A program made the position numbers and the translations under genes. The notes beneath the pieces were generated by a model. The model did no database searches. It saw only the letters and a program-made list of their open reading frames with translations, and was not told where the DNA came from. A stretch of DNA of 57,393 nt from Oceanospirillales bacterium (GTDB taxonomy: Bacteria; Pseudomonadota; Gammaproteobacteria; Pseudomonadales; Balneatricaceae): NCBI GenBank assembly GCA_007693685.1, contig REDB01000135.1, forward strand, positions 1 to 57,393, given 5' to 3'. This document shows positions 20,051-33,057 of this stretch, in pieces (position 1 is the first letter of the stretch; every line of letters starts with the position of its first letter).

Positions 20051-22018
20051 ATGGAGATCAGTCTTCGCGAATGGTTAATAATCGGCGGCATACTAATGAT
20101 CGCTCTGATTCTCTTTGACGGCTGGCGCAGGATTAGTGCTAGCCGAAATCGCCTGAAAATTGATATCGATAAGTCTCTCTCCGAGTTAGGTGAGAGCAAC
20201 CATCACAATCCAGAGTTGCCTAATGGTGGAGCCCGTGTTCGCCAGTTCGACCAAGAGCCTTTTTTTTCGGATACGGGTTTAGAATCTGAACTTCAATCAG
20301 ATAAACCAAAATCTAAGCTTGACCAGTCTAAGTCTAGCAAGCTAACTAAAGTAGCCGGAAAACTTGCTTCTTCAGTTTCTGCTAGCTCTGCTAGTATTAA
20401 CAGAACCGATCGCCAAGAGCCTAAATTTAATCTTAATATAGATGTAGAATCTCAGTTCGAGAATGAAGATCCTATTGAATTGCAATCCGCCATGCTTGAT
20501 GGGGCAGAGATTAAAGATAAATCAGCTGAAGTAGAAAGTGTCCAGAATTCAGAGCCTGATGAGCTAATATTTGATGAGCAAGCTGCAACCAATAAGTCTG
20601 AATTTGAAACTTCCGATGTATCAGGGCCTGAAGAGGCTGAGCTGCCAGCTATTACTCCTGAAGTGTCAATTCAAAAAGATCGAGAAGCAATTCAAGAAGA
20701 GTTTAAGCAGGAGGTTCAAGCTGAGTTTTCAGAGAACTTCGAAGAAAAGGTGCATGAAGAAGATGTTCCAGTAGAAATATCTGAAAAAACTCACTATTTA
20801 CATGGAGAGCAAGAAGCTGAAACCTCGTTAGTTGAGTCTGAATCACCAGCAGCCGTCCCTCAAGATCTTGAATGGGACCCTGAGTTAGAAAAGCAATTCG
20901 ATCATGTCGAACCAGTTGTAGAACCCCCTGTTCAAGCTAAACAGCCAGAAATAGAACCTGAAGACAAGACTCCAGATTTTGCTGATCTTGATCCCTTGTT
21001 TGATGATATTCCAACGGATCCATTACCACCATTAAAGGCTAACAATAGTGAAGCTAAAATAGGTGGTGAACAAACCAAAGGGTTCGTAAAAGACAAGGGT
21101 AAAGAAGAGCCAAATTTATTTTTGGATTTAGATCTAGATCAGCCAATTCATCAGTTGATGGCAAATAAGGCTGCTGAAGCTAAAGCTAATCGCGAAGCTA
21201 CTCGTCGAGTTAAGGATAAACCCGCTGCGCGTGAAGAGCTTACTAGTTTGAGCTTACCACTAGAACCTGAATTAAAGAGTGATCTAGAACTTAATTTAGA
21301 ACCTGAGTTAGATGATCTGTTTGCTGATTTTGATGGAGTTAATCCCCTAGAAGAAGCCAGCGTAGAGCCCATTAGAAAAAGCGCTGAAAAATCTGACACA
21401 AATAAAGTTACAGCTGAAAAGCCAGCTATAAAACCCATTGAAAAATCAAACGTTGATTCTCAAGCTAAGACTCAATCAGAAAAGCAGGCTGAAATTAAAG
21501 CTTCTAGTAATGCTCAGGATGTTGAGAAAAGTCGTTCCGCAGCAACGGCGGCAAGAAAAGCACTTTCTGATCTTCCTGATCCAGAAGAAGTGCTAGTGAT
21601 AACCGTGGTTGGGAAAAGTCGTCAGCTACTCGATGGTGAGCGCTTGAAGCGTGTTGTTGAAGCCTGTGGTATGGAACATGGTGATATGTCTATCTATCAT
21701 CGCTTTGATGGTACTGGGGCTGCAGCTTCACTTCAGTTTAGTATGGCTAATGCCGTCAATCCGGGCACTTTTGATCCTAATGCTATGGATAGACTGGAAA
21801 CACCCGCTGTATCTTTCTTTATGTCGATGCGTGAGCCGCGTGACGCAATGACCGCTTATGAATGTATGTTGGCAACGGCGGAAACGCTAGCGAAGCATCT
21901 CGACGGTGATTTACTCGACGAAGATCGTTCTGTCATGCGTGAACAGACTAAAGAACATTATCGTCAGCGTATTCGTGATTTTGAGATGCAAACACGACGT
22001 CGTAATTTAACTCGCTAA
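20051..22018 (+). CDS. zipA: Cell division protein ZipA with long acidic linker
   Basis: LREWLIIGG..IALILFDGWRR anchor; C-terminal GDMSIYHR...FSMANAVNPGTFD...DEDRSVM..QT.EHYRQRI; upstream of ligA. Confidence 0.92.
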   Translation: MEISLREWLIIGGILMIALILFDGWRRISASRNRLKIDIDKSLSELGESNHHNPELPNGGARVRQFDQEPFFSDTGLESELQSDKPKSKLDQSKSSKLTKVAGKLASSVSASSASINRTDRQEPKFNLNIDVESQFENEDPIELQSAMLDGAEIKDKSAEVESVQNSEPDELIFDEQAATNKSEFETSDVSGPEEAELPAITPEVSIQKDREAIQEEFKQEVQAEFSENFEEKVHEEDVPVEISEKTHYLHGEQEAETSLVESESPAAVPQDLEWDPELEKQFDHVEPVVEPPVQAKQPEIEPEDKTPDFADLDPLFDDIPTDPLPPLKANNSEAKIGGEQTKGFVKDKGKEEPNLFLDLDLDQPIHQLMANKAAEAKANREATRRVKDKPAAREELTSLSLPLEPELKSDLELNLEPELDDLFADFDGVNPLEEASVEPIRKSAEKSDTNKVTAEKPAIKPIEKSNVDSQAKTQSEKQAEIKASSNAQDVEKSRSAATAARKALSDLPDPEEVLVITVVGKSRQLLDGERLKRVVEACGMEHGDMSIYHRFDGTGAAASLQFSMANAVNPGTFDPNAMDRLETPAVSFFMSMREPRDAMTAYECMLATAETLAKHLDGDLLDEDRSVMREQTKEHYRQRIRDFEMQTRRRNLTR

Positions 22019-22030
22019 TCAAATATCTGA

Positions 22031-24433
<2,403 letters not shown>

Positions 24434-24452
24434 TGAGTTTAACTATCTTAGG

Positions 24453-25103
24453 CTATGCCCAGCTCTCTACCTGAGCGTCATTAATCAATAAGCGTACTAG
24501 ATCTGTTCTAGATATGATCCCTAATAGCTCATTTCTTTCGTTGATGACGGGTAATGCGGCGATAGGATAGTTCACAAAGGTTGATGCGATTTGCGATAGT
24601 TCGGTATCAGGAGTCGCAGCAACCATCTGTTTTTCATATACAACCGCAAGCGTGACAGTAGAGTCGGTGCCATGTTCTTGTATTTCAGGTCGAGAAATTA
24701 ATCCAAGCGGCTTGTCGTTCTCGTCCACGATAACTAAATGAGCGATCTGATACTCTTCTAACTGCAACCAAGCTTGACGTAGTGACGCGGTCACTAAAAT
24801 GGTTTGCACAGGGAAGGTCATAATTTGCTGCGCTCTAAGAGTGGGGCGAGATGCTTTAGGTTTCCCCGCAGTTCTGGTTTGTTCATAGGCAGCTTGAGGG
24901 CTTCCTGCTGACGTACTAGGACGACGACCAGACTCTGGATCAATACGAATCAGTCTATCTTCAGTGCGCTTGAAATTCTCCTCAGTGCCGGGCAGTGAAG
25001 ATGAACCCTTGCTTGCAGCAGACGCGTCTACACTGCGTGATTTAAACAGCGTTTTAACCGGCGTTTGAATGCGATTGCCTTGATCAATAATTATCAGTGA
25101 CAT
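24453..25103 (-). CDS. CBS-pair domain protein with disordered N-terminus
   Basis: AQQIMTFPV, HLVIVDENDKPLGLIS, ALPVINERNELLGIISRTDL. Confidence 0.85.
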   Translation of the reverse strand: MSLIIIDQGNRIQTPVKTLFKSRSVDASAASKGSSSLPGTEENFKRTEDRLIRIDPESGRRPSTSAGSPQAAYEQTRTAGKPKASRPTLRAQQIMTFPVQTILVTASLRQAWLQLEEYQIAHLVIVDENDKPLGLISRPEIQEHGTDSTVTLAVVYEKQMVAATPDTELSQIASTFVNYPIAALPVINERNELLGIISRTDLVRLLINDAQVESWA

Positions 25104-25133
25104 AGTTCAATAACTCCCCCATACACTATGAGT

Positions 25134-25160
25134 ATATCGTCATTTTACGGAAAAGCATTA
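25134..25160 (-). promoter_or_regulatory. Putative sigma28 promoter of the CBS gene
   Basis: Minus strand TAATGCTT-N11-GACGATAT. Confidence 0.55.
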
Positions 25161-27089
25161 AATACGACGTCTCGTTAGGTCTCTTAAAATAAATCTTGCA
25201 GGATCAAGGCGTTCAATTAAGTCTTTTGGTAAGGGATTGGGTTGATTGAACATCATTGTGACTAATACACCTGCACTGATTGGACAGGTAATCAGCCCTT
25301 TAGATCCATGCCCAATATTAACGAATAGTCCTTTTAGTCTGGGAACAGATAGATGCTGACAACTTTGTGCATCATAGCGAAGGTTTTCAAAACGTTTCAC
25401 TGTCTCAGAAAAATTGGCAACCTCGCCCACGATGGGTAAATAATCTGAAGTACTGCAGCGAAAACCTGTACGACCAGAACAGTGATTAAGTTTGATTTCA
25501 GCAAACTTAGGCAGCGTTTTAATGAGTTGATCGATGTTTTTTAAGTGATCACTGTCACGACACTCTCGCTCATGATAATGCAGATCAAAAGTAGCTCCAA
25601 AACAGTAACTTTGTTGTCGGGCTGGAGAGATATAACCTTCGCCGCAAACCACAGTTTTCAGTGCAGGTAAGTTATCAGTCGCGCTGACTTGGGTTGTTTG
25701 CCCTCGTATCGGTTTGGTTGGTAGATGATCAAGTTGCTCGAGTTTACGCGCATCGGCAGCGGTACAAATCACCACATACTCGGCATGATATTGGCGTTTA
25801 TCTGTTGTGACTGTCCAGCGATTGTCCTGCTGCTGTAAATGTGTCACTGATTGGTTAAAGTGACACTTAATTAAAGGATGATCTAGCAAATAATGACAAT
25901 AATCAGCTGGAGCTACCCAGCCCGCATTTGGAAAGAAGAGTCCCGAATGGGGCGTTTCAGTGCCACTTAATTGACTAGCTTCAGCTGCACCTACTAATTG
26001 AAACAGGCTGTTAGGATAAAGTTCGGACTTACAGAGTTGTGTCTGACGCTCTCTTTCCTTGTCACTGAGTGCAAGCTGTAAGACGCCGCACAAAGAAGCT
26101 AGTGGAGGATCTTGTACTGGTAGTTGCTTAATCTGATTGGCGCTGTAAAGCAGCCCGTGTAGGTGAAGAGCGGTTTCAGGTGAGGGCTTTACTGCTAGCT
26201 TGGCATAAAGGGCTCCCTGAGGGTTGCCAGAGCCTTCTTGTGCCGCTTTAGGATTAGATTCTAGTACCAATACCGATTGACCTTGATCTGCCAAAGCACG
26301 TGCAGTGCAAGCGCCCGCAAGTCCTGCTCCTATGATGATGACTGGAAGGTCAGGACATAATTCAACGGATATTTTAGCCTTATGGGTTAAATATTGACCG
26401 ATTAACATCTCGCGTTTATTACCAAATCCAGAGCGCTTAGTCAGAGAAAAGCCTGCGGTTTGCAGCCCATCTCGCACTTGTCGTGCCACAGTAAAGGTTG
26501 CGAAGCTGGTTTTGGAGTGACTTAATCTTGCCATCTGTTGATAAAGCTCACTCTGCCACATGTCAGGGTTTTTTGATGGGGAAAAACCATCTAAATACCA
26601 AGCATCAATCATTGCTTCTAATCTAGGCAGTTGCTCTAGCAAGTCGCCAAAGATGAGCGTTAACTTTACCTTGCCTTGATCAAAAGACAGGCTATGAAAC
26701 CCTTCGGTGGCAGGTGGATACTGTTGTAGTAATGCGGTGTTACAGTCATTCAAGTGAGGCCATGACTGCCACGCATGCATCATGTCTTCGGCACTTAGAG
26801 GATATTTCTCAAAGCTGATAAAGTGCAATGTGGCATCGTCAGGCGCATGTGCTAGCCAATGCTGACGAGTGATTAAAAAATTTAATCCGGTGCCAAACCC
26901 CGTTTCCGCAATAACGAACGAATCTTTAGGCATCAGTGCCTTAAAACGATCTACCAGTTGATTGCCCTGAATGAATACGTGATTGCTTTCATCAACTCCA
27001 CCATCGGAGTTAAAGTAAAAATCATCAAACTTGTTCGAGATAGGTACCCCTTGATCCCAACGAAGTGAAGCTGATTTAATCCGTTGCAT
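25158..27089 (-). CDS. mnmC: Bifunctional tRNA mnm5s2U34 biosynthesis protein MnmC
   Basis: ETGFGTGLNF, WYLDGFSPSKNPDMW, IIGAGLAG, GSGNPQG, GHGSKGL; start ATG 27089 with GAGGA upstream. Confidence 0.95.
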   Translation of the reverse strand: MQRIKSASLRWDQGVPISNKFDDFYFNSDGGVDESNHVFIQGNQLVDRFKALMPKDSFVIAETGFGTGLNFLITRQHWLAHAPDDATLHFISFEKYPLSAEDMMHAWQSWPHLNDCNTALLQQYPPATEGFHSLSFDQGKVKLTLIFGDLLEQLPRLEAMIDAWYLDGFSPSKNPDMWQSELYQQMARLSHSKTSFATFTVARQVRDGLQTAGFSLTKRSGFGNKREMLIGQYLTHKAKISVELCPDLPVIIIGAGLAGACTARALADQGQSVLVLESNPKAAQEGSGNPQGALYAKLAVKPSPETALHLHGLLYSANQIKQLPVQDPPLASLCGVLQLALSDKERERQTQLCKSELYPNSLFQLVGAAEASQLSGTETPHSGLFFPNAGWVAPADYCHYLLDHPLIKCHFNQSVTHLQQQDNRWTVTTDKRQYHAEYVVICTAADARKLEQLDHLPTKPIRGQTTQVSATDNLPALKTVVCGEGYISPARQQSYCFGATFDLHYHERECRDSDHLKNIDQLIKTLPKFAEIKLNHCSGRTGFRCSTSDYLPIVGEVANFSETVKRFENLRYDAQSCQHLSVPRLKGLFVNIGHGSKGLITCPISAGVLVTMMFNQPNPLPKDLIERLDPARFILRDLTRRRI

Positions 27090-27663
27090 TGCAATCCTCA
27101 AGGGGTGTTAGCTGACCTAGATAGGTTTGCCAGTCAAAGTAGGGACCCGGATCGGTTTTGCGCTCGGGAGCGATATCGGAATGTCCGGTTATTCTTGCTA
27201 GAGTAATGTCGGGATAGTTTTGCATCAATGCTTGCGTTATCTCGATCAAAACTTCGTATTGCTGTGCTGTAAACTCTTGTTCATCAGAGCCTTCAAGCTC
27301 AATCCCGATCGAAAAATCATTGCACTGATCACGACCTTCAAAGCTAGAAACTCCGGCATGCCATGCGCGGCGGTCGAAAGGCACAAATTGAATCACTTCT
27401 GCATCGCGTCGAATGAGCAGATGTGCAGAAACCTCAAGTGGCGCAATGTCAGCAAAGCTAGGGTGTGCATCGGGATCAAGCCGATTACAAAATAGGTCTT
27501 CAATATAAGAACCACCAAATACACCCGCAGGTAAACTGATGTTATGAATCACCAATAAAGAGATTTCATCATCAGGGCGCTCGTTATGGTTGATACAATC
27601 GACTTGTCTAGCAAGGTTTAAACGGTGATTTTCTATTAGCAGAGGCGTATTAAAAGTTGGCAC
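27076..27663 (-). CDS. ampD: 1,6-anhydro-N-acetylmuramyl-L-alanine amidase
   Basis: VIHNISLP, VSAHLLIRR, AWHAGVS, GHSDIAPERKTDPG; divergent from nadC. Confidence 0.95.
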   Translation of the reverse strand: MPTFNTPLLIENHRLNLARQVDCINHNERPDDEISLLVIHNISLPAGVFGGSYIEDLFCNRLDPDAHPSFADIAPLEVSAHLLIRRDAEVIQFVPFDRRAWHAGVSSFEGRDQCNDFSIGIELEGSDEQEFTAQQYEVLIEITQALMQNYPDITLARITGHSDIAPERKTDPGPYFDWQTYLGQLTPLEDCNATD

Positions 27664-27731
27664 TGTCCGTTCCTGCTGGTTTAGAATGACTCATTATGTC
27701 ATTAAAGTATCTATTCATTTTTTAAATTTGA

Positions 27732-28595
<864 letters not shown>

Positions 28596-28598
28596 TAG

Positions 28599-29699
28599 TT
28601 ACAAAACCCTGTTGGTATTCAAATATTTACTGGTTTCAGCAGGGCCTGTGCCATCGGCATAAAGAGTGACACCCGAGCGTAAACAAATCGACAAATTATT
28701 GTGCGATGCTTCAGTTTCATCAGGTAATAAGTGATTAACTGCTTGCTTCTCTTCCAGTAATTCTTGCTCGGTATTACGCATCATTTTCAGGCTAAATTCG
28801 TTTAGACTCAGCCCCTTAACGATTTGATAGCGACCATAGTTACAGCGCACAGGAAAAGAATAAAAAATCCCTTTTTCGATGCCATAACTGCCATCACTTA
28901 GAATGCCCATGCTGACGACTTGCCCCGGTGGTGTGCCTAACGCCCAATCATGCATATGATGAATAACAGCTTGTGCTGCCGAGGCTGCGCTAGATACCCC
29001 TCTGGCATCAATAATTTGACTACCGCGAGTTTGTACCTTGGGAATAAATTCTTGGTGGTACCAGCTTTCATCGATCTGTTCGATAACAGGTTGACCTAAA
29101 GCAGTGGCATGATACAGATCAGGGAACTGAGTGGGTGAGTGGTTGCCCCAGATAATAATGCCGTCGATATCTCGTGGGTTGGCACCCGTATGATTCGCTA
29201 GAATACCTTTAGCACGATTATGATCAAGACGTGTTAAAGCGGTGAACTGCGAGGGCGACAACTTAGGAGCGTTGCGGCTAGCGATCAGTGCATTAGTGTT
29301 CGCAGGGTTGCCGACGACCAAGACTTTGACATCACGGTTAGCATAATCATTTAAAGCCTTACCTTGGCGACTAAAAATCTCAGCGTTAACCTCCAGAAGA
29401 TCACGTCGTTCCATGCCGGGACCACGCGGACGCGCACCAATTAATAGCGCGTAGTGGGCATTGTTAACCCCATCTTCGATATTGTCATGCAGAGTAATAG
29501 TGTGAAGTAGCGGAAAAGCACAATCCTCTAGTTCCATTGCCAAGCCTCGCAAGGCTTCCATGCGTTCTGGCATTTCAATCAGTTGAAGTATGACGGGTTG
29601 ATCATCACCTAGCATGCTGCCATCGGCAATTTGAAACAATAGGCTATTACTAATAGCACCAGCAGCGCCAGTGATGGCGATACGGACGGGACGTCTCAT
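28599..29699 (-). CDS. mdh: Malate dehydrogenase (type 2) with C-terminal extension
   Basis: [53 protein letters not shown]. Confidence 0.9.
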   Translation of the reverse strand: MRRPVRIAITGAAGAISNSLLFQIADGSMLGDDQPVILQLIEMPERMEALRGLAMELEDCAFPLLHTITLHDNIEDGVNNAHYALLIGARPRGPGMERRDLLEVNAEIFSRQGKALNDYANRDVKVLVVGNPANTNALIASRNAPKLSPSQFTALTRLDHNRAKGILANHTGANPRDIDGIIIWGNHSPTQFPDLYHATALGQPVIEQIDESWYHQEFIPKVQTRGSQIIDARGVSSAASAAQAVIHHMHDWALGTPPGQVVSMGILSDGSYGIEKGIFYSFPVRCNYGRYQIVKGLSLNEFSLKMMRNTEQELLEEKQAVNHLLPDETEASHNNLSICLRSGVTLYADGTGPAETSKYLNTNRVL

Positions 29700-29779
29700 G
29701 AAGTGTTCCTTATATTATTTTGTTCTTATCTTATAATCCTAGACTAAAGGCTTAATGAATTGAAGTGTTTTTTCCCTGC

Positions 29780-29821
29780 ATGACGTCGATCAAGTTTTTC
29801 AGGTCGTTGCGCTGCTATGCT
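29780..29821 (+). promoter_or_regulatory. FNR/ANR-type box and -10 upstream of ubiU
   Basis: ATGAC-GTCG-ATCAA (29780-29793); -10 TATGCT (29816-29821) gives class II spacing. Confidence 0.6.
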
Positions 29822-29844
29822 TGGCCAAATTCTAGGAGGTCAGC

Positions 29845-30840
29845 ATGGAGTTGGTGTGTCCGGCCGGAAATTTACCGGCATTAAAAAAAGCGGTAGATGA
29901 AGGAGCAAATGCAGTTTATTTTGGTTTTCAAAACTCAACCAATGCACGGCAATTTATTGGTCTTAATTTTACCGATAAGCGCGCTAAAGAGGGTATCGAC
30001 TATGCTCAGAGTCGCGGTTGCAAAGTGTTTTGTGCCATTAATACCTATCCACAGCCTGCAGGCTGGAAGACTTGGACAGAAGCGGTAGATCAAGCCGCTG
30101 CGTTAGGCGTTGATGCATTGATCTTAGCAGATATGGGATTGTTAGATTATGCCGCGCAAGAGCATACCGATGTCTCGCGCCATCTATCCGTTCAAGGTTC
30201 AGCTACCAGTCATGCAGCACTGCGTTTTTATCAGCAGCAGTTTGGTATCAAACGTGCGGTGTTGCCGCGAGTCTTGTCGATTAGTCAAGTTGAAGATTTA
30301 GCTCGAAAAAGTCCAGTAGAACTAGAAGTGTTTGCCTTTGGTAGTCTGTGCATTATGGCTGAAGGGCGTTGTTATCTCTCATCCTACTTAACAGATGAAT
30401 CTCCTAATACTCGGGGTGCTTGCTCTCCGGCTAAAGCGGTGCGTTGGCAGGAAACCGATCAGGGTCTTGAAGCACGTTTAAATGGTGTGTTAATTGATCG
30501 TTTTCAGCAGGGTGAAAATGCAGGGTATCCAACCCTCTGTAAAGGTCGTTTTGAAGTAGAAGGGGCTACCTATCACGCTATTGAGGAGCCAGTCAGTTTA
30601 TCGACGTTGGATCTGTTACCCAAACTTGATGCCATGGGGATTTCAGCGGTTAAAATAGAGGGACGCCAGCGAAGTCCAGCCTATGTTGCCCAAGTCACCC
30701 GTATATGGCGTCAAGCCTTAGATGCTATAGATTCTCCTATCAAAACAGAGCAGCAACTTCACGCGTGGGCAGCCGAACTCAGTCAGCTTTCAGAAGGCAG
30801 TTTGACCACACTGGGTGCTTATCATCGGAAATGGAAATAG
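29845..30840 (+). CDS. ubiU: O2-independent ubiquinone biosynthesis protein UbiU (U32 family)
   Basis: MELVCPAGNLPA, FGSLCIMAEGRC.LSSY, GACSPA, YPTLCKGRF, KIEGRQRSPAY. Confidence 0.95.
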   Translation: MELVCPAGNLPALKKAVDEGANAVYFGFQNSTNARQFIGLNFTDKRAKEGIDYAQSRGCKVFCAINTYPQPAGWKTWTEAVDQAAALGVDALILADMGLLDYAAQEHTDVSRHLSVQGSATSHAALRFYQQQFGIKRAVLPRVLSISQVEDLARKSPVELEVFAFGSLCIMAEGRCYLSSYLTDESPNTRGACSPAKAVRWQETDQGLEARLNGVLIDRFQQGENAGYPTLCKGRFEVEGATYHAIEEPVSLSTLDLLPKLDAMGISAVKIEGRQRSPAYVAQVTRIWRQALDAIDSPIKTEQQLHAWAAELSQLSEGSLTTLGAYHRKWK

Positions 30841-30847
30841 AGAGCAG

Positions 30848-31795
30848 ATGTTAAAACTATCCTTAGGGCCTTTACTCTACTACTGGCCAGCTGAAAGCAC
30901 ACAGGCATTCTATCAACAGGTTGAAGACTGGCCGATTGATCTCGTTTATTTAGGTGAAACGGTTTGCGCTCGACGTCGCGATCTCAAACTGGATGATTGG
31001 GTGGCTATAGGGCAAAGGTTACAAACAGCAGGCAAGGAAGTCGTATTCTCAACGCAAACTTTGATTGAATCCGAAGGCGATCTAAAGCAACTGGCTAAAT
31101 TAATCCAGCGAGCTGGCGAACTGGGTTGGTTGGTAGAGGCGAATGATCAAAGTGCTTTACAGCTTCTGATTGAAGCTGAACAACCTTTTGTCACCGGGCC
31201 TTCGTTAAATATTTACAATTTACGCAGTTTGAAAAAGCTAACTGACTTAGGTTTACAGAGATGGTGCTATCCACTGGAGCTAAGTCGTGAAACTTTGGTT
31301 GATTTTCAACGATCTCTTATACAGACGGACTCAAACTCTAGCTCTGAGCATAACAGACAACTAGAAACGGAAGTCTTTGCTTTTGGACATTTACCCTTAG
31401 CTTGGTCATCTCGATGTTTTAGTGCACGTTTTCATGATTTACCTAAGGATCGCTGTGGCTTTGTGTGTCAGCAATATCCTGATGGACTGATGATGCGCTC
31501 TCAAGAAGCACAAGATGTGTTTGTTCTGAATGGTATTCAAACCTTATCGGGGGGGCGATGTAATTTGCTGGATCAACTGCCCTTGATGCAACAAGAAGGC
31601 GTTTCCATTGTGCGCTTAAGTCCGCAGGCACAGGATATGAAATCTGTGGTGATGGCATTTGACGAGGCAAGAAAAAATCTACAAGCAGGCCTGTCGAACA
31701 CCATAACTCAGATACCCTTGCATGCAGCTCAAGAGTGCAACGGTTATTGGTTTGGGCGTCCCGGGATGGATCAAATTAACATTGACCTAGAGTAA
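30848..31795 (+). CDS. ubiV: O2-independent ubiquinone biosynthesis protein UbiV
   Basis: LSLGPLLYYW, YLGETVCARRR, SSRCFSAR, KDRCGFVC, CNGYWFGRPGM. Confidence 0.93.
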   Translation: MLKLSLGPLLYYWPAESTQAFYQQVEDWPIDLVYLGETVCARRRDLKLDDWVAIGQRLQTAGKEVVFSTQTLIESEGDLKQLAKLIQRAGELGWLVEANDQSALQLLIEAEQPFVTGPSLNIYNLRSLKKLTDLGLQRWCYPLELSRETLVDFQRSLIQTDSNSSSEHNRQLETEVFAFGHLPLAWSSRCFSARFHDLPKDRCGFVCQQYPDGLMMRSQEAQDVFVLNGIQTLSGGRCNLLDQLPLMQQEGVSIVRLSPQAQDMKSVVMAFDEARKNLQAGLSNTITQIPLHAAQECNGYWFGRPGMDQINIDLE

Positions 31796-31807
31796 AGCTC
31801 ATCGTTT

Positions 31808-32335
31808 TTAACGATTTGGTTCAGCAGTTTGATAGGTCGGCATTGCGCTAGTGAATCGCTGGCGCAACGATTCCAACTGAGTCAGTAACCAACCGACCTT
31901 CGAATCCTCCAAAGACCACTCCAGACTGTCCAGCAGATTTCTAACACCTAAACCTAGCTCTGTATCTCCTTCGATTAAGAGCTTTCGTTGAAAAAATAAA
32001 CCATCCGCATCGACCTGCTGTTTAGCCAGTTGGATAAAGGTATCCAGTTCACCACTAATGGTCACTTCACCTGATTCATGGCTCAACTTTAGCTGGTCAT
32101 CTTCAAGCGTTAGTGTGATTTGAATCTCAAAATCTCGTAATTTAAGGGTGATAAAACGCCCCGCTAGCAGATCAAACTCACCTTCTTCTATGTAAGAGCC
32201 AAAGAGTTGATTGAGTTGAGGTTCAAGCAACTTTTGCTTTATCCATAATGGTGTTCGCTGATCAAGCTGACGCAGTAAATGGCGTGCAAAAGAGGAAGGA
32301 AAAGGAGGCCGTGGAAATCTTGGTAAACTCAGCAT
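31808..32335 (-). CDS. ubiT: SCP2-domain ubiquinone accessory protein UbiT
   Basis: DADGLFFQRKLLIEGDTELGLGVRNLLD; adjacent to ubiUV; start ATG 32335 with GAGG upstream. Confidence 0.88.
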   Translation of the reverse strand: MLSLPRFPRPPFPSSFARHLLRQLDQRTPLWIKQKLLEPQLNQLFGSYIEEGEFDLLAGRFITLKLRDFEIQITLTLEDDQLKLSHESGEVTISGELDTFIQLAKQQVDADGLFFQRKLLIEGDTELGLGVRNLLDSLEWSLEDSKVGWLLTQLESLRQRFTSAMPTYQTAEPNR

Positions 32336-32384
32336 GGAAAACCTCAAGGCAGTGATCAGTGTGAATCAATCATTAAGCTTTTGC

Positions 32385-32426
32385 ATACTAAACGGCCTAG
32401 TCATCTTCTTTGTTGATGTGTATCAA
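32385..32426 (-). promoter_or_regulatory. Perfect FNR/ANR box and -10 upstream of ubiT
   Basis: TTGAT-GTGT-ATCAA (32413-32426); minus-strand -10 TAGTAT (32390-32385) at class II spacing. Confidence 0.8.
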
Positions 32427-32441
32427 GTGTTATTCAATAGG

Positions 32442-33053
32442 CTAATCGAGGCTCTCATCATAATTAATCACAGATATCATCTTAATAGGTACTTCAATAA
32501 GCTCTTCTGGACCATGAGGAATTTCAGCTTCAAAGGATAGGCTATCACCCGGTCCCATTTCATACAGGTGGTTACCGTGACGATAAACAATACGACCTTC
32601 TAAAATGTACAAAAACTCTTGCCCCGAATGGGAAAAGGTGGGGAACACCTCAGAGGCGTCATCCATGGTGACTAAAAACGGCTCATAACTTTTACGTTTG
32701 CCACGATGATAGCTTAACAGTTCATAACGATGGCCTTTGTCTGTACCTTGTCTGACCACTTCCATGCCTTCGCCAGCGCGGGTTAACTGGGCACCACCTT
32801 CAGGACGATCATAGTCACTAAACAAGGTTGCTAGCGTTAACCCTAGGGCATCGCACAGTCGTCCAAGTGTATCTAAACTAGTCGATACCTGAGCATTTTC
32901 AATCTTACTCACCATGCCTTGGCTGAGTCCGGCGATACGTGCAACATCGATGATTTTCAAACCTTGTTCCACGCGTGTACGCTTCACTTTCATGCCGATG
33001 TATTGCTCGATACGCAGTTTCGGGCTATTTAATTTATCAATGTTGGGCAGCAT
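32442..33053 (-). CDS. XRE-family HTH regulator with cupin domain
   Basis: DVARIAGLSQGMVSKIEN HTH; HSGQEFLYILEG...GDSL.F....PH cupin. Confidence 0.9.
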   Translation of the reverse strand: MLPNIDKLNSPKLRIEQYIGMKVKRTRVEQGLKIIDVARIAGLSQGMVSKIENAQVSTSLDTLGRLCDALGLTLATLFSDYDRPEGGAQLTRAGEGMEVVRQGTDKGHRYELLSYHRGKRKSYEPFLVTMDDASEVFPTFSHSGQEFLYILEGRIVYRHGNHLYEMGPGDSLSFEAEIPHGPEELIEVPIKMISVINYDESLD

Positions 33054-33057
33054 TATT

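Noticed and set aside
29649-29669. MDH nucleotide-binding motif GAAGAIS lacking the third Gly
   Set aside because: Ser at this position is tolerated in type 2 MDHs; substrate Arg and catalytic His/Asp motifs are intact
29711-29734. A-rich Hfq/Crc-like motif in the mdh leader (minus strand AAGAACAAAATAATA)
   Set aside because: Low information content in AT-rich intergenic DNA
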